Below, piece by piece: positions 22,381-32,270 of a DNA stretch of 36,432 nucleotides (position 1 is the first letter of the stretch; each line of letters starts with the position of its first letter). Position numbers and translations under genes: made by a program. The notes under the pieces were generated by a model, which saw only the letters and a list, made by a program, of their open reading frames with translations, did no database searches and was not told where the DNA came from. Source of the stretch: Nemertoderma westbladi (taxonomy: Eukaryota; Animalia; Xenacoelomorpha); contig JAUCBJ010002099.1 in the NCBI GenBank assembly GCA_032718475.1, positions 1-36,432 on the forward strand. The letters run 5' to 3'.

Positions 22381-22616
22381 TTAATACGTATTAGCCTGTG
22401 CTGTATCAATGCCTCAGTGGGTGGTCTCTACTACAACTTCCAGGCCCGACTCAGCTCCAGGTAAGTTAACAATCTGTCAATTATAATAAAGAAAGGGAGC
22501 CGACATTTAGTCAGATCCACCAAATGGATGGCCAAGGAGACAGACTGTCTGGACTTAGTAGAGTCGAGTTAAATCGCTTCGCCAAAACGACCAAATAGCC
22601 CATAGGAATACACTAC

Positions 22617-22754
22617 ATTTATTTGGCCATTTTGGTCATTTTGGCCACCAAAACGACCAAGTTAATGTTTATTGGGATTGGGACAGTCCCAATCCCAATA
22701 AACAGAACTTGGTCATTTTGGCGGCCAAAACGACCTAAATGGCCAAATATAAAT
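22617..22754. repeat. Long nested inverted repeat, copy 2 (more complete than copy 1)
   Basis: Perfect 39-nt core at 22666-22704, with ~47-bp outer arms that are themselves palindromic. Confidence 0.9.
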
Positions 22755-23551
22755 TGCGGCATTCATGAAAGGAACTTCTGAGGCAAGTTGGCTTGTCAAT
22801 CACAGCCAGTGAATAGAGGCTGAGTGTAAGTAAAGCCCAGGGTGTTGGCAGATAGAAAAATGCTTCGAATTCCGGACATTCCCTCCCCAACCCCCCCCCC
22901 CCCCCCGGACAGTTCCGTTCCGTTCGAGTAGGACACTACTGTTTTATATTTCGCACATTTATTTTTTAACAGGGGTTGCCGGCCAACGTGAGGGTAGAAC
23001 ACCATAGGACATGTTGTATCCAGACAAGTTGTACCCAGACAGACATCTTGTATCCAAATTTATGGGATACAAAAAAACCGTCACATTATAACCCGCACTA
23101 CCTGTCATGGATTTCACAATAAATTGTGTGAAAATAAAACACCCTTCTATACGCTCACAACAGACTGCACCTGTCGGTTTTGCGGAGGGTGCTGCAGCGA
23201 CCGATTACATGTTTTTAGCTGTCAATCATCCCCAACTACGGCCAAACTAGCATCTGGCTAAATGAACGGTCTTTCTTCTTTTTAAGTAATGTATTATAAT
23301 ATTAATATTTAGTTAATTACAAAATACACTTTTACTGTGCTAGATTTTAATGTTAATGTATATAATATAATTATTATTAATATACTTTCCTTTTACCCAG
23401 GTTGGGAGTTGTAAAAGCTTTTGCAAACATAACAAGTCATTTTTCCACAATGCGCAGAATACTCTAAAATAGCCCTGAATTTATCCCCCTACGCGACAGG
23501 AAGGGATTGGAGCTCAGTATGACAAAATCTGTCAGCTGATTTCCTGAGGAC

Positions 23552-26210
23552 GTGGAACCTCTTTGTTCTGCCTATTCAGCCAATCAGAGCGATTTTCCCT
23601 TTATGTTTAACAGAGGCCTATGGACACTCACGCAATGCATTACGGTCTGTGTTCTGAGCCGCAGATTACAGATGTGGAAGGCCGGGAATATGGAGGCCTT
23701 ACTACAGGAGGCGGAGCGCTGCTCCCTCAAGTTCAGATCAGGGCGGCGAGCGAGAAGCAAGCCGGCTGGCGAGGACAAGGATCACACGATCCGAGTTTTT
23801 ACTCGTCTGATGTTAGAAGGGAAGGTACGCAGCGCTGTACGCTGGGTGACCGGTCGGGAGAGCGGCGGTTTATTAGACCCTGACCAGGAAGTCGACATGT
23901 GAGGAGGAAATGTCAAAGTCCTCGATATCCTGAGAGCCAAGCATCCACCCGCCTCCGAACCCCCCCCCAGAATCTCTCCTCCAACCAGATGAAGAACTCC
24001 CAATCCGTGTCGATGTTGACATAACAGCCTCCCACGTCGAGTCTGCTGCTCGCCGACTACATGGGGGAGCCGGCCCGGCGGGCTCAGACTCAACTCGCTG
24101 GGGCGACTATTTACTCAGATACGGCGCCCACAGCGAACGCCTTCGTGACGCCATCACCGATATCGCCCGGTCCTTCGCCAACACAGTTATACCGTGGGAG
24201 TCCGCACGTGCCCTTATGTCGTGTCGGTTGATTGCCCTGGATAAATGCCCAGGAGTTCGGCCGATCAGGATCGGGGAATGCTTGCGTCGCATTCTCGGTC
24301 GCTCAATGGCTGAAGCCACGGGGGATGATATTACGGCAACCTGCGGCGCTGAACAGCTCTCCGCCGGCACATCAGCAGGGGTGGAGGCTGCTGTCCACAC
24401 GATGGCAGATCTGTTCGATCAACGGAGTGATGATGGCTGGGGGTTCCTCCTCGTAGACGCGTCAAACGCGTTTAACTCTCTAAACCGGACAGCCGCGCTG
24501 TGGAATGCGCATCGGCTGTGGCCCCGATGCTCCCTGTTTCTGTTGAATAGTTACCAGGGGCATGGCATACTAACAATACGCGGGACCGAGGAGGTGATAT
24601 TCAGTGAGGAGGGCACCACGCAGGGAGATCCTCTCGCTATGCTTGAGTATTCTTCAGGGATTCTCTCCCTCATTCACCTCCTGCGTAAACCACCGGATAC
24701 TCAACTGGTTCAGAACTGGTATGCGGATGACTCAGGGGCGGGAGGTAGACTGGAGCTGGTTCTCGAATGGTTCATCGAGCTACAGCATTTCGGACCAACG
24801 CTCGGATACTTCCCGGAGCCAAAGAAATGCTACCTCGTAGTAGCCCCAGAGTTTGTCGAGGAGGCTCGTAGAGTCTTTGCGGGCCAATCGATAAATATTG
24901 TGTCGGGTCATCGATTCCTCGGCGGGTACATAGGCGGCGCTGTAGAGAGGAGGGGCCATGTCCAGGCTAAGGTAGCAGGGTGGGTCGACTCTGTTGATCG
25001 TCTAGCTGAGATGGCAGAGGCCCAGCCCCAAGCCGCATTTGCGGCTATGGCCTGCTCCCTCCAGCGGGAGTGGGCCTACCTACAACGGGTAACCCCGGAC
25101 TGTAGTGAGGAATATGAGGTGCTGGAGGAGGCGATAACCGAACGGTTTCTTCCAGCAATCTTAGGAAGTGAGGTATCCTCCCAAGAGAGAAAACTGTTCG
25201 GTCTGTCCCCCCGCAACGCTGGGCTCGGGCTGCGAAATCCGGTGTCCGAGGCCGCCCAGTCCTTCTTGGTTTCAAAGAAGGGGACCGCTTCCCTCGCGGC
25301 AGCCATACTCGGTAAGAGCTCATACATACACTCGGCGCATCTGGACTGTCTGAAGCGAGCGCGGAAAGAGGGTCGGGAACAGCAGATGTTGCGGGAGAAA
25401 GTCGACCTCGAATCCACGCTAGAGGAGTTAACGGACTGCCGCAGCCGGACAGTGCGGCGTGCCGCCGATTTCCGCTCGAGTGGGTGGATTTCTGCTGTTC
25501 CGCTAGCCGACCACCACCTAGACTTGTCCCCACAGGAGTTCCGGGACGCCCTGGCGATCCGCTATGGTCGCCCCTTGGCGGCAGTTCCGAGCAGGTGCGA
25601 TGGGTGTGGGGCCGCCTTTGATTTAAACCACGGTTTAAATTGTAAAAAAGGCGGCCTTGTCATCCAACGCCATAACGAACTGCGGGATGTTTTCGGGGAT
25701 CTCGCCGCGCTCGCATTTGGACCGCGTAACGTGGTGCGTGAGCCGATAGTCCGGGAGCAGCAGGGGGAGGAGGGAGCAGCTGGTCTTCGGTGTGACGTGG
25801 GCATCCGGGGCGCACTAAACCCACAGACTCAGGCGTTGATAGACATCTGGGTTGTAAACGTTGACGCCGAGTCTTATGTGGGTCGCGCCCCGATGTCAGT
25901 ACTAGTGTCTGCCGAAGACGAGAAGAGGCGGCTCTATGCGGACGCAGTTACTGCTCGAAGAGGTGACTTTTCGCCTTTCGTTGCGTCCTGCTGCGGAGTA
26001 CTCGCTCCTCAGGCAAATCACCTGCTTCGCGTGGTGGCTGACTGGCTGCATCGGTCATGGGGGCGTCCTTACAGCGTCACCATGGGCTGGGTTCGAACCC
26101 GCATCCAGCTGGCGGTCATCCGCGGCGCCACCCACTGCCTTCGGGGATCCAGGGTGAAGTGGAGGAGCGGCCTAGGGCTGGATGACGGTGCTGGGCTACC
26201 TAGCGTCTAG
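23552..26210 (+). pseudogene. CRE-clade non-LTR retrotransposon ORF, copy 2, disrupted
   Basis: ~99% identical to 10145-12802; GGA>TGA at 23900-23902 and +1 C in the C-run near 23960. The RT-RLE portion 24216-26210 is still open. Confidence 0.92.
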
Positions 26211-26689
26211 AGCGTTTTAAACTAAAATTCTCAAAATTTTGGGCTCCTTACAAATAAATTTTAAAAGTTTCATTGTATCTTGGTGATGGGTATCTGTGCA
26301 ATTGTTTGTTTGTTAATATTGTTTGTAATTGTGATTGATTCATTAATAGTAATAAATATTGTGGGGTCAAATCATTAAGGTTATCTTGATAATATAAAAT
26401 GTTAGATATTACATTAACAATTTGTATTGTTTGCATACACATTTTCTGAGCACTAGAACCAGCTCGGAATCTTCTGTACTTCTGTGTAGAAGTTTCAGAC
26501 TTTGGCCTAGGAAAGATCAGATGGCTTTGATTATAAGAACGTAAAACTATTCACATGGAACATTGCTGCACATGTCATCCTGCATCATACCTGGAACACT
26601 GCATAAGTAACACATACTGACTGTTCACCGCATTATTTTACTTCTGTTATTAATTGTTGTTATATTAATGGATATTGTTGTTATATTTG

Positions 26690-26747
26690 GAATTATAATA
26701 AAAAAACCACGGGAGGGGTCATATTGACCCCCCCGGGTTTAATAGGG
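26690..26747. mobile_element. Solo piggyBac-like right end, copy 2
   Basis: Duplicate of 14333-14390, followed by TTAA at 26748-26751. Confidence 0.85.
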
Positions 26748-28006
26748 TTAAACTCTTGATTGCACAGTAGGTAATAAATATATTTGTCTAATGTTCTGGT
26801 AAGAACAATAATAGATTTTAGTTTCTTTATTGCGCTGTAGGCAATAAAGTCGAATGTACTGTTCGGACTGTAAACTGTAGGCCTAACTGCCTAATCACCC
26901 GAACCGGTACTTACAGGTACCCAGTATTATTTCGATTGTAATAATTATATACCGGTAGGTCTTGATATTTAATCGGGGACTGCATCCCTGGTTTTTTATT
27001 GGGATTTTACTTATTTCTGTCAGTTTTATTTATCTGTAAGTGTAATATTGAGCAGAAGGCGTGTAAGCCTGCTCAGATTGTATAAATAATTTGTAGGCTG
27101 GATTGTTGTCTAGCTGTTGTTAGGTCTGAAGCGATTGCAGTGTGTGTAGAGTGTCCGTCCGATAAAGTGCTAGTTAGGAAGGTGGGGGCATCCAGTGCTG
27201 TAAGGTAAATCCCCCCCGAAAGAATAAGTCGTACTACTCGGTTAGAACGCCTACTAACTAACCATTTCGGAGTCTGCATATACTGTAATTTATTTAGGCT
27301 TGACAGTAGTCTGCCAGCATTTGGTCTTTTTTTTATTTGAATAGTCTGCACGGGTAGCGTAATATTTATTATTCAGAGTTTATGCAAGTAATTACAATCC
27401 TCAAACTCTCCAAGTTTATTCCTACAGTAATTGTGCTTGTTATACATACCGTTATAGTTAAATTAACCCTGGTACTACATCAGGGCTGCTTGGCGTAGGT
27501 AAAGACTGGTGATTTTTTGCTCCAGTCACTCCAGCAGATACCGTGGTTCTTTTAGCTGTTCAAGTATATTTAACTGCTGGTTATTTGTTGTATAAGTGCT
27601 TGTACCTAATTTAGCGTTTAGCATACAGTGCTTTCCGAAAGTAATTAAGTGTGTAGGCAGTATATTTGTGTTGTAATGTGGTTAATAGGCACGTTAGCTC
27701 TGGTTGGGTTCTGTAATTAACCTCTAAGTAAGGACACTCCGGGTACATAATGTAGTACTTATAGAGCTAAGACTATAAGTCGTCAGACGGTGGTATTTCC
27801 TTATCTGGACAACGCAACTTACTTACTACTACTTTATTGTTTTCAAATACCGTAGTTTCCTGTCAGTTTGTAAGAACCAGAAATTCTAACTCCTTGTTAG
27901 GCTGGTTTGTAGATTTCTTGTAAAATTACCCTAACAAATTGTACGTGTAACTTGTTATTGTTTATTTAGAGATTGTAATCTCAAACTGTAATTGTAAGTA
28001 ATTTGT

Positions 28007-31000
28007 CACAGTGGGTCTGAACTAACTTTTAGTTCAAAAGTATTGAACACCCAATTTGATATATATTTTGAGTTTGTATGCACCCACTGACTACAAAAAA
28101 AAAAAAAAAAAAAAAATCGGTCGACATCTTCATTTTTAATGTGAAAAATTGCAAAAATGTCCAAAAATTTCAAACTTAAAAAATGTGTAAGTCTGATACA
28201 AATTCGAACACCCTTTTTTAGAATTGCATAATTTTTGTAATGCCAAACTGAACCTGAAAATGGCTCTATTACTAAAAACTGCCGACATCTTCTTCTTCTA
28301 TAAGTGAAAACAAATTTGCTTAATAAATTTTAAAATAATTATTTAAAATCAAATTTTTTAAAACTCAGTTACATCAACATATTGCTTATCAATTGCTCAA
28401 TCTGATCTAACTGCAAATTATTTAGTCTGACTCATTTATAATTATACTCCTACACTACATTATAACCATACATTACTAATTGAATAACAATATCAACATT
28501 TTTTGTTATTCTTGGTCAATATTTATTCCTATATGGTGATTAATTTTCCAACTGTCATGGCTGGGATTGCGGACCTGACGGTGTTTACAATATATAATGG
28601 AAGGGTGGCATGCAGACGAGCTGTTTTTCCAGACTAATTTATTGTTTTTCGGAAAGCAGTCTTTGGGTAGTAGTTAAACATAATGTGATAAAACGTCTTG
28701 AAACTAAATATATTTCCCTTATTTCTCAAAATTAAATTGTCGGGTTTAAGTTTGTGTTGTGAAATTTCGTAGCTTAAGTTTTAGCATATATAATATGGTA
28801 ACTTGCTTTTTTAGTGGTGGGCGTTGTGGGCTTCCGTAGGTAGTTAAGGAAAATGCCAACTCATTCTAAAACTCACAATGAATCTAGGTTCGCTGTTTGT
28901 ATCCTCTGCATGGGGAAAACGAAGAAAATGGCTAAGATAAATGACAAATTGAAAGTCCTAATTCAACAGCACTTCATGAAAGAATATGATTGTAATGATT
29001 TTCGTACAGATTATCGTTTGCCATCTGCAATTTGTTCGAACTGTAAAACCATTGTCTATGAGTATGGAAGAGGAATAGAAACTCGGCGTATCGATGTCTA
29101 CGATCATTCCACCATCCCGGATGTGCAGCCAATAACTAGGTCGATGGTTTGCTGTGAATGTATTGTTTGTGATGTTGCTAGGAGATCAACAAATACCAAC
29201 TTTACAGCTAAGGTTATGCCGACAAGGAAGAAACCAGGACAATTCCACTATGATTCTCCACAAGATCCAACTACTGAATTTGTCAGTTCAACATCAAAAC
29301 CTCAACATATGTTGGTGTGTAGCAAATGTGTAACAGTTCTGGGGAGAGGTAAACCTCATAGCTGCACTAAGGGTACACGGGCTGAAAACATTCATAAACT
29401 AGCTGTTGCTGGTACTCCAAAATGCAAGGAGAAGGTCGCCTCTTTGGTTATTCGTGACAAGATCAATGATTTAAACACAGGATCAAGTTCATCTTCCTCA
29501 TCAGCCACAGTGCATCCTTTTACTAAATCTAGTGATATCGAAACTATCCCCTTGGCAACAACAACTGGACGTCCAATTCCAGTTTCGTTGCAGCCACAGA
29601 ATAAAGGGGTAAAGCGTAGTCTAATGTTAGACTATAAGGATATCAATCAAATTCAGGTAGACATGGGCCTCAGTATGAATAAAACCATACAACTTGCATC
29701 AAATATCAGATCTGCTACTGCGAATCGTCACTCCATTGAGAGTGGAATGCGTGTGAAGCTGCAGCAGCTTAACCACCGTTTAGATAATTTATTCATTGAT
29801 AAAATCTTATCTTTCAGCAGTAAAGATTCAAAATCTGATAAAATCTCGAATGTAGACAAATCTGCAGTCTTTTGCACCGATATCAAAGCTCTTATCCAGT
29901 TTGTTAAACGGGACCGTGGTATCCTATATGAGGATACACATGTAAAGATAGGAATAGATGGAGGTGGAGGGTTCCTCAAGGTGTGTATGAACATCCAGAA
30001 TCTATCATCAGTGAAAGGGATCAAGTCCAGTGAAGTGGAGGATGATACTGCAGCTTCTTGTGATTCTTCTCATGTGCAGAAACGGTCAACATACAGTCAA
30101 GGTATTGCAGCAAAACGATTAAAAGACTCTGGTGTGAATAAGTTATTTATATTATTTATTACTCCTTCATCTCAAGAGAATTACTTTAATTTAATGAAAG
30201 TGTTCCTCACACTTGACATCAATACTGCGATGCATGATCTTACCTGGACCATTGCTACAGATCTCAAGCTGGCCAACATCATATTGGGATTAATGGCTCA
30301 TGGGTCATGTCATCCATGTACATGGTGTGATATATCTAAGACCGATCTGCTGTACTCTGGGGAGCTCCGAACTCTGGGGAACATTGAAATGTTATTTTGG
30401 CATTGGTTCAGATCTGGGAAATCTAGAGAGAATGCTAAGGATTTTGGTAACTGCATTCATGTACCCTTGCTCAAGGGCAATCAAACCACATTAATCCTAG
30501 ATATAATACCACCTCCAGAACTACATCTTCTACTTGGCACCGTCAATCATATGTTTAACCACCTCTTATCAGAGTGTCCACAGGCTGCTACTGAGTGGGC
30601 AACAACTCTTCATGTTCAGAGGGAAGCTTTGCATGGAGGTTCTTTCACTGGAAATTCTTGCCGTAAACTTCTCAAGAAAGTTGACACGCTAAGGTCAATT
30701 TGCCCTCTTAGCACTCTCAAGTATGTTGATGCTTTCGAAGCATTTAACAATCTAGTCCATTCTTGCTTTGGTCGCATTCTCTATCCGGGCTATAAGGAGC
30801 ACATTGCCCTCTTTCAAGAGGCATATATTGCATTGGGTATCAGCGTAACACCAAAAGTACATGCCATAATTTGTCATGTTGCTCAGTTCTGCGAGGGTCA
30901 CAATGCAGCTTTAGGTTTTTGGAGTGAACAATCTTCTGAGGCTGTACATTCTGACTTCGCAGATGTCTGGTCAAGATACAAGGTACCAGATGGGCATCCT

Positions 31001-31685
31001 TCATATGGTGAACAACTGCTCTGTGCGGTCAGAAACTATAATTCAAAACATGTTTAGATTAATTGGAATACATTTCTTCTTATTAAACTTACTTATTCTA
31101 TAATCAGTTAAGTTAGAAAGTAGCCAATATTATTGCCATGGAAATGTCGTTTAATTAACTGATCATGAAGATTCAGGTTAACTACAAAGCACATGTTTTT
31201 TTTAATTTACAACTTGTATCCATATCAGAATCATTGTCACATCTGGTCCCCAATTAATAGTGAGAGCAATCAGTGCTTTCTGTTAGATCAGATTGAGCAA
31301 TCAATAAGCAGTATGTTGCTGTAAATGAGTTTTTAAAAATTTTGATTTAAATAATTATTTTTAAAATTTATTAATAATTTATTTTCACTTATAGAAAACG
31401 AAGATGTCGGCAGTTTTAAGTAATAGAGCCATTTTTAGGCTCAGTTTGGCATTACAAAAATTATGGAATTCTAAAAAAGGGTGTTCTAATTTGTTTCAGA
31501 CTTACACATTTTTTAAGTTTTAAATTTTTGGACATTTTTGCAATTTTTCACATAAAAAATGAAGATTTCGACCGATTTTTTTTTTTCATTTTTTTTTGTA
31601 GTCAAGGGGTGCATACAAACTCAAAATATATATCAAATTGGGTGTTCAATACTTTTGAACTAAAAGTTAGTTCAGACCCACTGTG
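28007..31685 (+). mobile_element. Full-length Chapaev-type (CMC / RAG1-Transib-related) DNA transposon
   Basis: TIRs 28007-28411 and 31282-31685, with the outer 79 bp perfect and starting CACAGTG; 4-bp TSD TTGT (28003-28006, 31686-31689); single internal transposase ORF. Confidence 0.9.
28853..31057 (+). CDS. Chapaev/RAG1-like DDE transposase, 734 aa, intact
   Basis: N-terminal H8-X7-C16xxC19...LP..C61xxC64...CxCxxC zinc module resembling the Chapa/RAG1 N-terminal region. Core GID369GGGG, ATD470LK, C489xxC492, PELH558LLLG, FTGNSCRKLL, TPKVH670xxxxH675, LGFWSEQSSE696: same order as the RAG1 D600/D708/E962 triad and C2H2 Zn site. Confidence 0.9.
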   Translation: MPTHSKTHNESRFAVCILCMGKTKKMAKINDKLKVLIQQHFMKEYDCNDFRTDYRLPSAICSNCKTIVYEYGRGIETRRIDVYDHSTIPDVQPITRSMVCCECIVCDVARRSTNTNFTAKVMPTRKKPGQFHYDSPQDPTTEFVSSTSKPQHMLVCSKCVTVLGRGKPHSCTKGTRAENIHKLAVAGTPKCKEKVASLVIRDKINDLNTGSSSSSSSATVHPFTKSSDIETIPLATTTGRPIPVSLQPQNKGVKRSLMLDYKDINQIQVDMGLSMNKTIQLASNIRSATANRHSIESGMRVKLQQLNHRLDNLFIDKILSFSSKDSKSDKISNVDKSAVFCTDIKALIQFVKRDRGILYEDTHVKIGIDGGGGFLKVCMNIQNLSSVKGIKSSEVEDDTAASCDSSHVQKRSTYSQGIAAKRLKDSGVNKLFILFITPSSQENYFNLMKVFLTLDINTAMHDLTWTIATDLKLANIILGLMAHGSCHPCTWCDISKTDLLYSGELRTLGNIEMLFWHWFRSGKSRENAKDFGNCIHVPLLKGNQTTLILDIIPPPELHLLLGTVNHMFNHLLSECPQAATEWATTLHVQREALHGGSFTGNSCRKLLKKVDTLRSICPLSTLKYVDAFEAFNNLVHSCFGRILYPGYKEHIALFQEAYIALGISVTPKVHAIICHVAQFCEGHNAALGFWSEQSSEAVHSDFADVWSRYKVPDGHPSYGEQLLCAVRNYNSKHV

Positions 31686-32270
31686 TTGTATTGATAAGTA
31701 ACTTAGTAAAGTAGAATTATCAGTGTTAGTGTCTAACAAGTAGCACTCCACTGAGAGAGTTCAGCTTCTGTGTAGTGACTCCTTACCCAGAAATAATAAC
31801 ATTTATTTTAAATATTGTCAAAACCCATTATACGGGTATATATATATATTATAAATCAACTCAAACAGATTTATAAAATAGTAGGCCTGCTATACATCAA
31901 TTAGGTCTTAATATCAGTTGGACTACTGCTTAATAACAGTAACAAGTAAAAGGGAAGTAATCCTAAAATTCAGAAATTCAGTTATTATAAAATAATTGAC
32001 ATTACCGGTATTTACGGTAGGCTTATTATATTTATTTATATAAATTTAGGCTAAAATTATATACCGGTATTCTGTGACTGATCTTAGTCTGTAAATAATA
32101 CTTATATATATACTATAAGTGTATACCGGTATTTTAATATTAATTATATATATCACGTTACATTGAGTAACGGTATCGGTAATTAATTACTAGGCTTACA
32201 ATTGATACTGAATTCCTAAACTTGCTTTAACTGTCATTATAGTAGTAAGCATTCAACTGTAAAATAAATC

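Larger units (their letters stand above)
16183..27074 (+). repeat. Tandem segmental duplication, copy 2 (full unit probably 14718-27074, 12357 bp)
   Basis: Colinear with 2955-14717; identity stops after gtaagcctgctc. Confidence 0.97.

Noticed and set aside
2955-27074. Duplication as a pure sequencing/assembly echo
   Set aside because: Each copy has private, biologically patterned changes (CpG transitions, TSD-flanked insertion). Tandemly mis-joined haplotypes cannot be excluded without reads.
28014-28050. True 12/23 RSS with nonamer
   Set aside because: No ACAAAAACC at 12 or 23 bp; only a loose TCAAAAGTA at 20 bp, both ends are symmetric, and there is no RAG2-like ORF.
28002-31690. Transib or ProtoRAG assignment
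   Set aside because: The 5-bp flanks differ (TTTGT vs TTGTA); only a 4-bp TSD fits, and the N-terminal zinc module favours Chapaev.
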